Counted from the first letter of the stretch, positions 1 through 9,535 are shown. The stretch is DNA of 64,000 bases from Thermoproteota archaeon (GCA_027492205.1 JAOZFN010000006.1:113409-177408); one strand, 5' to 3'. The notes: generated by a model not told the origin, from the sequence alone. Program-made: numbers and translations.

Positions 1-1
1 A

Positions 2-232
2 CGCCTCCTTAAGTATCCTCTGAAGGCTCTCCTTGTAGTCGGCGGGTATTCTGCTCAGGTGGTCGGACAGCGCTCCGGTGGGCTCGATGCCCAGGCTCTC
101 CAAGAATCCCCTCAGCGCGACCTTAACAGACTCCTGGGACTTCCTTATGGACGAGGCGCACTTGTCCTCTGAGTGGAGTTTCTTCGCCTCTTCTAGTATC
201 TCCCTGGCCTCTTCTAACTTCACGCGGCTCAC
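2..232 (-). CDS. HEPN-domain-like protein, 5' part (runs off window start)
   Basis: Manual translation from GTG at 232: VSRVKLEEAREILEEAKKLHSEDKCASSIRKSQESVKVALRGFLESLGIEP..., resembling the HEPN N-terminal helices (A..Q..E.ALK pattern). Not in the ORF track because it is truncated. Confidence 0.5.
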   Translation of the reverse strand, partial: MSRVKLEEAREILEEAKKLHSEDKCASSIRKSQESVKVALRGFLESLGIEPTGALSDHLSRIPADYKESLQRILKEA

Positions 233-296
233 CCCGATGCGCCTGACGATAGTTTTCGTAATAAGCTCTCCACCCACCCCCGCCACGGAGTTCAAT

Positions 297-1346
297 ATGC
301 TCAAGTTCCCACCCGTCCCCCGGCGGCGCCCCCGGCCCTGTGGACTCACCATCCACCCATCCCTGGGGTGCAACGTCGGGTGCGCCTACTGCTACCTGTG
401 GGAAATGGGGCTGATCGTCCCGTCGCCTCAAGTGAATCCCCTCCCTCCCGGGCGACTCATTCTCGAACTGAGAAGGAACCCGTACTTCGTAGAATCTCGA
501 GGGGGGACCTTTTTGGCCCTTGGAAGTCTGGGGGAACCGTTCCTCACTCCCAAAATTGCCCAGAGGACGCTCGAATACCTGAGCGCGCTGAAGGCGCTGG
601 GCAACCCCCTTCAAGTCTCGACAAAGCTGAAGCTCCCGCTGGACGACCGCCTGGCGGGCGTGAACGTCTTGGTGACCGTGGTCGCCTGGGAATCGTACAG
701 GTCCTTGGAGCCGGCGGCTCCGCCCCCGTGGGACAGGCTGAACTCAGCGGCCGAGGCCGCCGAAGTCGGCGCCGTTCCCACGCTGTTCGTGAGGCCCATA
801 ATTCCCGGTGTCACCCTGAGCGAGCTGCCGGACGTCTTGGACTACGCCAGGAAGAGCGGCATAGAGAGCGTAGTGTTTGGATCGCTCAGGGTGTCTCCCC
901 AGATCCTTAAGAGGCTCAAAAAGGCCGGAGTCGACGTCTCAGAGATTGAGCGGCGTGTGAGGGCTCCCCTCCACGACGGAGAGCAGGTCTACGTCTCATC
1001 GGCCGACCTCAAGGCGTGCGCCATGGAGGAGGCCCGGAGGAGGGGGATGATCGCGCTGGGCTCAGCCTGCTGCGCCAGCGCCCTGGCTCATGGAGTACCG
1101 TGCTTCGATGCGAAGTGGCTCCACCACATGTGCACAGGCTGTCCCAACGACTGCCTCTCCAAGCTCCCCCGTGAGTCTGAGGTCCTGAGCCTGCTCGAGG
1201 AGTGGGGGCTGGAGGGCCGGGTTGAGGAGGACAGGGTGATACTCTCCCCGGACTCTTGGAGCAGGCTGAGGGGGCCGGACAGGCACAGGCTCGAGGTCCT
1301 CACGAGGAGAATGGTGGTGAGAGGTGGCGGGCCCGGCGGGACTTGA
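297..1346 (+). CDS. Radical SAM protein (SPL-like family)
   Basis: CNVGCAYC motif, GEPF and STK motifs; likely ATG start at 297 (the upstream part of the ORF overlaps the divergent gene). Confidence 0.85.
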   Translation: MLKFPPVPRRRPRPCGLTIHPSLGCNVGCAYCYLWEMGLIVPSPQVNPLPPGRLILELRRNPYFVESRGGTFLALGSLGEPFLTPKIAQRTLEYLSALKALGNPLQVSTKLKLPLDDRLAGVNVLVTVVAWESYRSLEPAAPPPWDRLNSAAEAAEVGAVPTLFVRPIIPGVTLSELPDVLDYARKSGIESVVFGSLRVSPQILKRLKKAGVDVSEIERRVRAPLHDGEQVYVSSADLKACAMEEARRRGMIALGSACCASALAHGVPCFDAKWLHHMCTGCPNDCLSKLPRESEVLSLLEEWGLEGRVEEDRVILSPDSWSRLRGPDRHRLEVLTRRMVVRGGGPGGT

Positions 1347-1403
1347 ACCCGCGACCACCGGCTCCGAAGGCCGGCGCTCTGATCCTTGCTGAGCTACGGG
1401 CCC
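1325..1403 (-). tRNA. tRNA-Arg(UCG), CCA encoded
   Basis: Reverse complement GGGCCCGTAGCTCAGCAAGGATCAGAGCGCCGGCCTTCGGAGCCGGTGGTCGCGGGTTCAAGTCCCGCCGGGCCCGCCA folds as a cloverleaf with anticodon loop CT-TCG-GA. Confidence 0.95.
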
Positions 1404-1428
1404 ACTTCATCAGGGGGGTGCCCAGTAT

Positions 1429-2640
1429 TTACCCTTCTCCCCCCTTGAGTAGGCGCCTTATCCTACCCTTCGATGCGTATGCGGCGGCGCTTCCGAGGAT
1501 GGCGGCCAATATCAGCAGGACCGGCCAGACCTCCCCCCTGGAGAGGAGGTTGCCGATGTACCCGAACAGGGCGGCCCTCGGTATGAGGGCCACAAGGTTC
1601 GCGGCGAAGAAGTGGAGCGGGTTCATCCCGGTGAGCCCGGCCGCGTAGGAAATGAGGTCAATCGGGCTGAAGGGGATGAGCCTCGCGATCACCACGGCCA
1701 GCGGACCCCACCTCCTGAACCACCGGTCCACTGAGTCCAGGACCTCGCCCCTGAAGGCCCTCTCCACGAAGGGCCTGCCCGCCAGCCTCGCGATGTAGAA
1801 GTTGGCCATCGCCCCGAGGGCGGACCCTACTCCGCCCACCACCCCGACCGTCCAGGCGTCCATGCCGAGGGCGCCGGCGGCCACGAGGATGGCGTCTGCC
1901 GGAATGGGAGAGATCACCGACTGCACGATCATGGCCAGGATGAGCCCCGTCGGGCCCCACCTCCTCACCCACGACGCCACCCTCTGCGTGAGTTGGTCGT
2001 GGTACAGGCGCCTCTCGAGGAGGACCCTGACGCTCCCCGCGTTGGCCACTACGGTCGGAATGGATATCGCTAACGACAGGGTGGTGGGCTTGACTCCCTC
2101 CAGGGCCCTCGAGGCGACCACGATCCCAACGGCCGAAACGGCGAGGGGGATCAGGGACTCCCACCCGACCCCGGACGCCAGCGCGACAGGAACCCCGGCG
2201 GCGGAGGAGACGACGAGCGCCTCCCTCAGCCGAACTCCCATCGCGGTCAGGGCGGCGACGCTGAGGCCGGAGCCGCCGAACCCCATCATGCTGAGCCCCT
2301 GGACGATGCCGGCCACCGCACCCTCTGCCATCCCTATTCCCCTGAACTCCGAGGTCTGGAGGAGGCCCAACCTCGTCATGAGGGCGCCGGCGGCAGCCAT
2401 CACGCTAATGCCTAGTACGGCCACTCCCCCGAGTATCCAGTCGACCCTGAAGCCCAGCTTAATCCAGATGAGGGTAATGGTCACCGAGGTGGCGAGGGCC
2501 GAGGCCTCAGCGGGCATGAGATCTCTCGAGACGATGATCCTAGGGTCCGCCAGCAGCCCCGCGATGGCCTGAGATCTCTGCGACAGCTGAGCGGCCAGCG
2601 GCAGCCACTCCAGCGCCGCGTCCACTACGAGCCTCCACAT
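1429..2640 (-). CDS. Membrane protein: TauE/TSUP-like N-terminus fused to DedA/TVP38 (SNARE-associated) domain
   Basis: C-terminal part has SPIPAD, GAMANFYIAR and ARLIPFSPIDLISYAAG, typical of DedA/VTT; N-terminal part has GIVQGLSMMGFGGSG, like TauE repeats. Confidence 0.7.
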   Translation of the reverse strand: MWRLVVDAALEWLPLAAQLSQRSQAIAGLLADPRIIVSRDLMPAEASALATSVTITLIWIKLGFRVDWILGGVAVLGISVMAAAGALMTRLGLLQTSEFRGIGMAEGAVAGIVQGLSMMGFGGSGLSVAALTAMGVRLREALVVSSAAGVPVALASGVGWESLIPLAVSAVGIVVASRALEGVKPTTLSLAISIPTVVANAGSVRVLLERRLYHDQLTQRVASWVRRWGPTGLILAMIVQSVISPIPADAILVAAGALGMDAWTVGVVGGVGSALGAMANFYIARLAGRPFVERAFRGEVLDSVDRWFRRWGPLAVVIARLIPFSPIDLISYAAGLTGMNPLHFFAANLVALIPRAALFGYIGNLLSRGEVWPVLLILAAILGSAAAYASKGRIRRLLKGGEG

Positions 2641-2702
2641 TTCTCGACCGCCCTCTGCCGTTAACCTACTTAAGATCATGCGCGCCGTCGCTCAGCGGGC
2701 AA

Positions 2703-3506
2703 ATGCCGCTGAAGTTCGGCGCCATGAACAACCCCGCGAGAGACGTGCTCGAAGAACTTCGGGCGCTCAGCGAGCTCAATCTCGACTACTTGGAACTCAC
2801 GGTCGAGTGGCCTGGCGCGAGCCTCGAGAGGATCCGAGAGGTCGAGGGGGACATCCTGAGCCTCCTCTCCACGAGGGACATAGATGTGGTCGTGCACGCC
2901 CCCTGGTACCTAGAGATAGCGAGCCCCTACGAGGGGGTCAGAGAGGGGGCGATGAAGTACGCGGAGGGACTACTCAACCTGGCCGCCGAGCTGAACGCGC
3001 CTTTCATGACGGTTCACCCCTACACCCCCGGCTGGCTCGCCAGGTACAGGGACGAGGCCAGGCGGCTCAACCTGGAGGCCATGAGGAGGCTGGTGGCCAG
3101 GGGAATGGAAGTCGGGGTCAGGGTCCACGTGGAAAACGTTGATCACGGCGCCTTCAGTTCTGTCTCAGACGTTCTCTACCTGCTAGGGGCCCTTCCGGAG
3201 ATGGGATTTACCCTTGACTTGGGACACGCATTCTTGGGAGGGGTGGAGAAGGTCAGGTCTTACATCGAGAAGGCCAGAGGGAGGATACTCCATGTGCACG
3301 CCCACGACAACTACGGCAAGGGTGACGACCACATGCCCGTCGGTGCGGGAAGGGTCCCCTGGGAGAGGGTCTTGTCTCACCTCAGGAGCATAGGGTACGA
3401 GGGGACCGTTACCCTCGAGATCCACTGCAGCGACTTGGAGTACGTGGAGGTATCGAGGAGGAAGTTCATCGAGTACTGGGAGAGGGCCGGGGGGTCTGAA
3501 GGGTGA
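2703..3506 (+). CDS. Sugar phosphate isomerase/epimerase (AP endonuclease 2 TIM barrel)
   Basis: VHAP, VEN, TLDLGHA, HVHAHDN, DDHMPVGAG and TLE metal-binding motifs. Confidence 0.85.
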   Translation: MPLKFGAMNNPARDVLEELRALSELNLDYLELTVEWPGASLERIREVEGDILSLLSTRDIDVVVHAPWYLEIASPYEGVREGAMKYAEGLLNLAAELNAPFMTVHPYTPGWLARYRDEARRLNLEAMRRLVARGMEVGVRVHVENVDHGAFSSVSDVLYLLGALPEMGFTLDLGHAFLGGVEKVRSYIEKARGRILHVHAHDNYGKGDDHMPVGAGRVPWERVLSHLRSIGYEGTVTLEIHCSDLEYVEVSRRKFIEYWERAGGSEG

Positions 3507-4345
3507 GGCTGGAGAGGGTGGCCTTCGTCGCCTCCAAGGTGGATCCTGCCGCAAACCTCATGGCCGAGGAGCTCCTGAGCGAGACTGGTTCTGAGGAGTT
3601 CAGCGTGGGTTCCGTGAGGGCGTGGCTGTCCCGCCCGGAGGGTGAGGTTCTATACGCAAGGAGCGAGAGCGATCTGGGGGCCGACGGGGCCGATCTGATA
3701 GTCATACTGTCCAGGCACAGCGGGGTCCCCGGAAGCCCGGTCATCACGACGCACGTGTCCGGGAACTTCGGCCAGGCTCCCTACGGCGGGGAGCCGGAGG
3801 CCCTGTCGACGGCGTGCCCGCCCTTCATGAAGGCGTTCCTCCGCAGAGTCAACGACTCGGCCCTGGAGATCGGGTTTGAACCCGCGCAGGAGCCGACCCA
3901 TCACGGCCCGACGCTCGAGACCCCTCTCGCGTTTGTCGAAGTGGGATCCAAGCCCGAGCACTGGGAGATAAGGGAGGCGGCCAAGCTCGTCGTTCAGTCA
4001 TCCCTGCAGGCTCTAACGGACTTGAGGAATTCTGAGGAGGCCGGCCCCACGTTCGGTTACAAGCTGGCGGTCGGGTTCGGCGGCCCCCACATCAACCACT
4101 ACTTCACGGAGATTCAGATCAAGTCCCCGGAGCTGGCCATCGGACACATCCTCAGGAGGCACGACGCCTCCGCGGCGAGCGAAGAGGCGATCGCTCAAGC
4201 CTTCCGAAGGAGCTGCGGGCCCACCAACACGGCCATAGTCGACTGGAAGGGCCTCAGGGGAGAGGAGAGGGCGAGGATACTCGCCATTCTAGAGGACTTG
4301 GGCGTCAGGGTGCTGAGGGCGAGGAAGGTTGCCCACTCGCTTTGA
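3503..4345 (+). CDS. dtdA: D-aminoacyl-tRNA deacylase (archaeal DTD2/GEK1 type)
   Basis: LSRH, TTHVSGNF, EPTHHGPT, FVEVGS, GFGGPH and DWKG motifs. Confidence 0.9.
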   Translation: MRLERVAFVASKVDPAANLMAEELLSETGSEEFSVGSVRAWLSRPEGEVLYARSESDLGADGADLIVILSRHSGVPGSPVITTHVSGNFGQAPYGGEPEALSTACPPFMKAFLRRVNDSALEIGFEPAQEPTHHGPTLETPLAFVEVGSKPEHWEIREAAKLVVQSSLQALTDLRNSEEAGPTFGYKLAVGFGGPHINHYFTEIQIKSPELAIGHILRRHDASAASEEAIAQAFRRSCGPTNTAIVDWKGLRGEERARILAILEDLGVRVLRARKVAHSL

Positions 4346-4742
4346 GGGGGGGCCGAAGACCGGAGGTCGCCCGGTCGGCCGGCGAGCGAGGCCCAGATAC
4401 AAGACGCTCTTTATGTTCGACAGGACCGTTCCGAGGGATCTCTACTATTCCATTCAGAGGAGGCTCAACTACCTGGGCTACGGCGCGGTTTGGGCGCCCA
4501 GATCCGCCGTCAGGGGGAGGAGGAGACCTGAGGATCTAGTGGACTACTGCTTGGCGAGGGGCATACTGGTCCTCGCGACATTCGACAGGAGGGCTAGCCT
4601 GCCAGAGAGGGCGCGTGGGAAGGTGGTGCTCCTGCGGCTGAAGGGCGGGAAGTCTCGGACCGTGAACAAGATAGTGGCGGACATCTTTTCGGCCGTCCGG
4701 TGGCTCACAAGAACTTCCCCAAGCGAGAGGATAGACTGCTGA
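4329..4742 (+). CDS. Small PIN-like (DUF5615/Mut7-C-like) protein
   Basis: FMFDRTVP...LNYLGY...VLATFDR pattern. Confidence 0.5.
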   Translation: MPTRFEGGPKTGGRPVGRRARPRYKTLFMFDRTVPRDLYYSIQRRLNYLGYGAVWAPRSAVRGRRRPEDLVDYCLARGILVLATFDRRASLPERARGKVVLLRLKGGKSRTVNKIVADIFSAVRWLTRTSPSERIDC

Positions 4743-4815
4743 GTGAGCGGCGCCCAGTGCACCGAACTTATATATTGTGCCCTCGGGGGGTCCGAGGAGG
4801 AGGGAAGGAGGGCCG

Positions 4816-5136
4816 GTGTTCGGCTCTAGGTCGTCTGCGGAAGAGGACTCGCAGGTAGAGGAGAAGGAGGTACGCATAGTTAGACTGGTTCTGGACATCG
4901 TGAAGCCGCACAATCCCACCATAATCGAACTGGCAGAGGCCCTCAATGAACTTCCTGGGGTCTCGAGGGTTGAGATAGATGTTCAGGACTACGACACCAA
5001 CATAGAGAGGCTCAAGGTCATCTTGGACGGGGAGGACCTCGACTACGAGGAGATAAGCCGAGTGGTCAAGTACTACGGCGGGAACATAGCCAGCCTTGAC
5101 GGCGTCACCTCGGTCTCTGAGGATGAGTCGGATTAG
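4816..5136 (+). CDS. DUF211 family protein
   Basis: RLVLDIVKPHNP...GGNIASLD pattern; TATA-like TTATATA at ~4768. Confidence 0.85.
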   Translation: MFGSRSSAEEDSQVEEKEVRIVRLVLDIVKPHNPTIIELAEALNELPGVSRVEIDVQDYDTNIERLKVILDGEDLDYEEISRVVKYYGGNIASLDGVTSVSEDESD

Positions 5137-5193
5137 CCTCGGCCCTGGCGGGCGCGCCTCCTTATTAACCCGGACAGGCGGCGCCGCGTCGGA

Positions 5194-6582
5194 ATGGGCG
5201 GCCTCCGGAGGGTGTACATAGAGACCCACGGTTGCACCGCGAACAGGGCGGACTCCGACATCATGGCGGCGCTGCTCGAGCGCGCCGGATTTCAGCTGGT
5301 GGAGTCCCCCCAGGCGGCAGACGTGATAATCCTCAACACCTGCAACGTGAAGAAGCCCACCGAGGACAGGATGGCGCACCGGATCTCCCGGCTGGCGAGC
5401 ACTGGTCGGCCGGTGGTAGCCGCCGGCTGCATGGCCCTCACCCAGCCGGGGAGGCTCAGACCCCACGCGAAGGTCCTCCTCGGGCCCAAGTCCGTGCACA
5501 GGGTGGTAGACGCCGTTGAGATTGCCCTGCGCTGGGAGAGGGCCGAGTTCCTCGAGAGAGATCCGCTCGACAAGGCGGGCTTGCCGAGGACTCGTGGTAG
5601 GGTTATCTCGGCTCCCCTGCCCATAGCGGAGGGCTGCCTGGGAGCCTGCACCTTCTGCATCACCAGACTCGCCCGAGGAAGGCTGAAGAGCTTCCTTCCG
5701 GACGCGATCGTCGAGAGGGCCAGGGAACTACTCTCCGGAGGTGCGGTGGAGCTTCTGATAACGGCTCAAGATACGGCTGCCTACGGCTGGGACACCGGCT
5801 GGACCTTGCCGGGGCTGCTCGAGAGGATCTTGAAGATCCCCGGCGAATACAGGTTGCGGGTGGGGATGGCCAACCCGAACACGCTCGCGAGGGTGATCGA
5901 CGACCTCCTCGTCACCATGAGGGACCCGCGGGTGTATCGGTTCCTGCACGTTCCCGTGCAGAGCGGGAGCGATGACGTGCTGAGGAGGATGGCCAGGGGT
6001 TACAGAGCCGAGCTGTTCGAGAGGCTGGTTTCGAAGTTCCGGGCCGCCTTTCGCGACACCACCCTGGCCACCGACGTAATCGTGGGCTTCCCCGGGGAGA
6101 CCGAGGACGACTTCGAGATGACCGTTGGGCTGCTGGAGAGGACGAGGCCGGATGTCGTGAACATAAGCAGATACGGACCCAGGCCTGGCACTCCGGCCTC
6201 GAGGTGGAAGTCCCCCGATCCTGCGACCGTCAAGCGGAGAAGCAGACTGATTTCCGAGCTCGTCAAAGAGATCAGCCGTAGGGGGAACGAGGCCTACGTT
6301 GGCGATGAACTCACGGTTCTCGCCCTGGAGCGTGGCCCCAAGGGGTACCAGGGCAGGACGGACTTCTACAGACCCGTTGCCCTGGTGGGGTCCGACGTGG
6401 AGCTCGGCAGCTTCTACGACGTGGTCATCGAGGAGGCCAGGCCCACCTACCTGGTGGGCAGGGTACTGGCCAAGAGGGAGGTGAAGCCGCTGGAGGTCAC
6501 GTCAACAGTCACTCGGTCGGGAAGTAGTCGTAGATTGGCCACTGGGCGGGACGGAATCCCTCGGCGGCGCGCGGCTCCGTGA
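5194..6582 (+). CDS. mtaB: tRNA t6A37 methylthiotransferase (MiaB-like, e-MtaB)
   Basis: ETHGCTANRADS, NTC, AGC, EGCLGACTFC, HVPVQSGSD, DVIVGFPGET; C-terminal TRAM domain. Confidence 0.9.
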   Translation: MGGLRRVYIETHGCTANRADSDIMAALLERAGFQLVESPQAADVIILNTCNVKKPTEDRMAHRISRLASTGRPVVAAGCMALTQPGRLRPHAKVLLGPKSVHRVVDAVEIALRWERAEFLERDPLDKAGLPRTRGRVISAPLPIAEGCLGACTFCITRLARGRLKSFLPDAIVERARELLSGGAVELLITAQDTAAYGWDTGWTLPGLLERILKIPGEYRLRVGMANPNTLARVIDDLLVTMRDPRVYRFLHVPVQSGSDDVLRRMARGYRAELFERLVSKFRAAFRDTTLATDVIVGFPGETEDDFEMTVGLLERTRPDVVNISRYGPRPGTPASRWKSPDPATVKRRSRLISELVKEISRRGNEAYVGDELTVLALERGPKGYQGRTDFYRPVALVGSDVELGSFYDVVIEEARPTYLVGRVLAKREVKPLEVTSTVTRSGSSRRLATGRDGIPRRRAAP

Positions 6583-7603
6583 GCACCAATACGTAGAGGT
6601 TGCTGGAGTAGCCCGCCACGGAGTCCGCCAGGTTCGGTCTGCCCATCGCCTTGGCGACCTCTTCCGCGAGCCAGTAGATTGGGCTGTCCCTCGCGACTAG
6701 ATAGTGGTTGAGCCCAACGGCGACCCTCTCGACCGCAAAGCCCATCTCCCCGAAGCTCCTGAATACCCGGCTGATGTGGGACCCGAGTTCGTCGGGCAGG
6801 ATGCAGACGTATCCCCTGCGCCCCCTCTCTTTTACCAGCGCCTCCCAACCCCTCAGCGTGAATGTCTGGACCCCGGGGAGGGTGTACGTCGGATCTGCCA
6901 CGAAGACGTCGTGTCTGTCTCGCAGATCCTCCGGGAGTGGCTTTGTCAGGTCGTGCTTCACCACCCTGATGCTGAGCCCCTCTCGCCTCGCTATGTCCTC
7001 TATCCTCCGAATGACCCGCTCGTCGAGTTCGAACACGGTTACGCTGACGTCGAAGCTGGCAGCGAGCACCACGCTCTGGAAGTCGTCATCCCCCATCACC
7101 GCGACGCTCTTGCCGTCAAGGGGGACGTCAGACGCGATCTCCGCAATCCTCTCGAGGAGGCTCTCCTTCGACACTTGGAGCTGGTCGAACTCGTAGTTCA
7201 CATCTATCTGGGGCACCAGTCCTAGGACGCCGGGGTCCGGAGAGGTCTTGCCGAATGGGTTGACCCTGAACTCGACCTCCCCGTTTGAACCGATTTCAAC
7301 GAGGCCGACCTCTTCGAGCGACCTGGCCAGGTTGAGCGCCCTCTCCGGTATGAGAGGGACCTCCTTAATGAGCCCTCTTAGGCTTCCAATCTGGTGGAGC
7401 CTGTACGCTAGAACCTCGTACTGAAAGAAGGACAGCCTGTGAACCAACTCCCACGAGAGTCGTCCCTCTTCCGGCGACTTCCTCCCGTACACCGTGCCCG
7501 CCGCCTTGACGGTGGACTCCATGTCGTAGCGGGAGAAGAGTTCGAAGGCCCTCCTCAGGGCCTCCCTGGGGGATCCCCCCCGGGGAGAGGCGGGATCACT
7601 CAT
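6509..7603 (-). CDS. bpsA: Branched-chain polyamine synthase (N4-bis(aminopropyl)spermidine synthase, DUF43)
   Basis: EFDQ, VMGDDD, ELDER, HDLTKPLPEDL and DVFVADPTYT motifs characteristic of BpsA. Confidence 0.8.
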   Translation of the reverse strand: MSDPASPRGGSPREALRRAFELFSRYDMESTVKAAGTVYGRKSPEEGRLSWELVHRLSFFQYEVLAYRLHQIGSLRGLIKEVPLIPERALNLARSLEEVGLVEIGSNGEVEFRVNPFGKTSPDPGVLGLVPQIDVNYEFDQLQVSKESLLERIAEIASDVPLDGKSVAVMGDDDFQSVVLAASFDVSVTVFELDERVIRRIEDIARREGLSIRVVKHDLTKPLPEDLRDRHDVFVADPTYTLPGVQTFTLRGWEALVKERGRRGYVCILPDELGSHISRVFRSFGEMGFAVERVAVGLNHYLVARDSPIYWLAEEVAKAMGRPNLADSVAGYSSNLYVLVLTEPRAAEGFRPAQWPIYDYFPTE

Positions 7604-7961
7604 TCTTCCTTACCCTTCCCGCGCTTATCTCGACTATGCTATCGGTCTCCGGCTTCAGCCTCTCCCTCAAGAACTCCAGGGCCCTCTTCGCCCAGTCAGA
7701 CTCTCCCGGGGCGAAGTCGACTATGTTCACGGTCGCGTAATCGTGTTCTGGCCACGTGTGAAGGGCAACATATCCCCTCTCGGTGAGCAAGAGCGAACTG
7801 ACGCCGTACGGCTCGAACTCATGTATGTGAAGGGCCTTCACTTCTGACCCCACCACCTCCGCGAGCTCCCTCAGCATGGCCTCCATCTTCCTAGGGGAGT
7901 CGAGTATCTCAGACTCCCCGACGTTGTAGAACTCGACAACCACGTGGTTCTCCAGGGACAT
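7596..7961 (-). CDS. AdoMet decarboxylase-like protein lacking the pyruvoyl-forming Ser (probably inactive)
   Basis: FEPYGVS and HTWPE are conserved, but ESH is replaced by RGY and the catalytic Cys is absent. Confidence 0.8.
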   Translation of the reverse strand: MSLENHVVVEFYNVGESEILDSPRKMEAMLRELAEVVGSEVKALHIHEFEPYGVSSLLLTERGYVALHTWPEHDYATVNIVDFAPGESDWAKRALEFLRERLKPETDSIVEISAGRVRKNE

Positions 7962-8008
7962 CTCGCCTGATGAGGTGATCCGACCTAAAAAAGGCCGCTG
8001 GGCGGGGC

Positions 8009-8692
8009 TCAAAGCCCCTCTGAAGATCCAGGAGTGAGCTCCACCACCTCAGCATCCACCTTCCGGGCCCTGATCTCGTCCCTGAGCTTGTCGGGAGAGC
8101 CCCACAGGACGGGGAATGTCCCGTAGTGGATGGGCAGGACCTTCGGACTGCCCAGGAGTTCGAGGGCTTTCGCCGCCTCTCTGGGCCCCATGGTAAAGTG
8201 CCCGCCGATGGGAAGGATGGCGAGCTCAGGGGAGTAGAGTTCACCTATCAGGCTCATCCCCGGGAATATGCCGGTGTCTCCAGCGTGATAGACCGTGAAC
8301 CCGTCGGGGAACTTCACGACGGCGCCGGTCGGCGCCCCCAAGGGGGAGCTGTGGAGCGCCTCGGTCAGGATGACCTCGACGTCCCCGACCTTGAAGGGCC
8401 CCCCGATGTTCGCCCCCACGGCGTCTGCCCCCTTCTCAGAGGCGTGGTTCGCCAGCTCAAATATCCCCACGACCTTCCCTCCCCTCGTCTTCGAGAGCCT
8501 TATGGCGTCCTCGAGTCCGTGGTCGCCGTGCCCGTGGGTCACGACGTAGGCCAAGACGCCGTCGGGCTCCCCCATGCCCTTGGGGTAGGCCGGGTTCCCC
8601 TGTATCCAGGGGTCAAAGAGAACCCTAACGCCCCCGGACTCGATAAGCACGTTTGCGTGTCCCAGAAAGGTCACCCTCCCCATGGTCTCCAC
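8009..8692 (-). CDS. Metal-dependent hydrolase, MBL fold (UPF0173)
   Basis: FLGHA, DPW, THGHGDH, HSS, YHAGDT, PIGGHFTM and PIHYGTF motifs. Confidence 0.9.
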   Translation of the reverse strand: METMGRVTFLGHANVLIESGGVRVLFDPWIQGNPAYPKGMGEPDGVLAYVVTHGHGDHGLEDAIRLSKTRGGKVVGIFELANHASEKGADAVGANIGGPFKVGDVEVILTEALHSSPLGAPTGAVVKFPDGFTVYHAGDTGIFPGMSLIGELYSPELAILPIGGHFTMGPREAAKALELLGSPKVLPIHYGTFPVLWGSPDKLRDEIRARKVDAEVVELTPGSSEGL

Positions 8693-8719
8693 CTTGGAGT
8701 GTGGGACGGGCCTCAGATT

Positions 8720-9358
8720 TTAATCAAAATTAGACTCAGGCGCCCGGCGCTCTAACAGGGAGATGAGCGCGGAGAGGATGCCGATCCGCACCTCCGGGTC
8801 TCTCTCCTTACTCAGCGCGGCCCCCAGCTCGGAGGTGATCACCTCCCCGACCTCGGGCCTCGACTCCGCTATGCCTAGGAGGCTCCAGAGCGCCGAGAGG
8901 CGAACCTTCTTGACCTCCCACTCGGCCCTCAGCACCTTCAGAACCCCTTCAAGCGCTCTCCTGTTTCCAAGCTCCGCGAGCGCCCCCAAGACCTTGACCG
9001 CCGCCACGCGGAGGTCCGGTTCCACCCGCTCGAGCCACTTCTCGGCCGAGTCCATGGCGAGCCCCTCGAACTCTGGCGCGAGGTCCACGAGCAAGACCGT
9101 GAGGGCCGCCCTCAACCCGGGATCCAGCTCTTCGAACAGGCTGTCCGTCAGCCTGGAGAGGTCCTCCCATCCAGATGCGTGTGCTTCACAGATTCGGGTG
9201 AAGATCTCCCCTCGCTTCGTCTTCACAGTCGGACGTCTGCCCCTGGCAAGGGCGGCGGCGATGGCCTCGAGTTCCTCGGCCTCGCCGACCCCTCCGGAGT
9301 TCAGAGCGGCTGCCTCCGCTGCGAGCCGGAGCGCAATAGCCCGACGACGACCTTTCAA
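8720..9358 (-). CDS. HEAT-repeat protein
   Basis: Repeated DPxLR/VR..A helical units. Confidence 0.6.
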   Translation of the reverse strand: MKGRRRAIALRLAAEAAALNSGGVGEAEELEAIAAALARGRRPTVKTKRGEIFTRICEAHASGWEDLSRLTDSLFEELDPGLRAALTVLLVDLAPEFEGLAMDSAEKWLERVEPDLRVAAVKVLGALAELGNRRALEGVLKVLRAEWEVKKVRLSALWSLLGIAESRPEVGEVITSELGAALSKERDPEVRIGILSALISLLERRAPESNFD

Positions 9359-9535
9359 TCTCGCACCTCCGGAAAACTCTTAACGGTGATGATGGGAAAA
9401 TACGATCTCCCTGTCGTCAACTTCGTGCTGCAGAGTGTCAAAAGGCCCGACAGACTTTAATTACTTATCGAGGGGGGATAGTGGAAATCTGCCCGCCAGT
9501 CCGCTCGAGGGGCGGGCGGAGGGAGTTGGTGAAAT

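Noticed and set aside
6509-6582. Convergent 3' overlaps (mtaB/bpsA; also 12413-12441 and 36965-37021)
   Set aside because: Short tail overlaps are common in compact GC-rich archaeal genomes.
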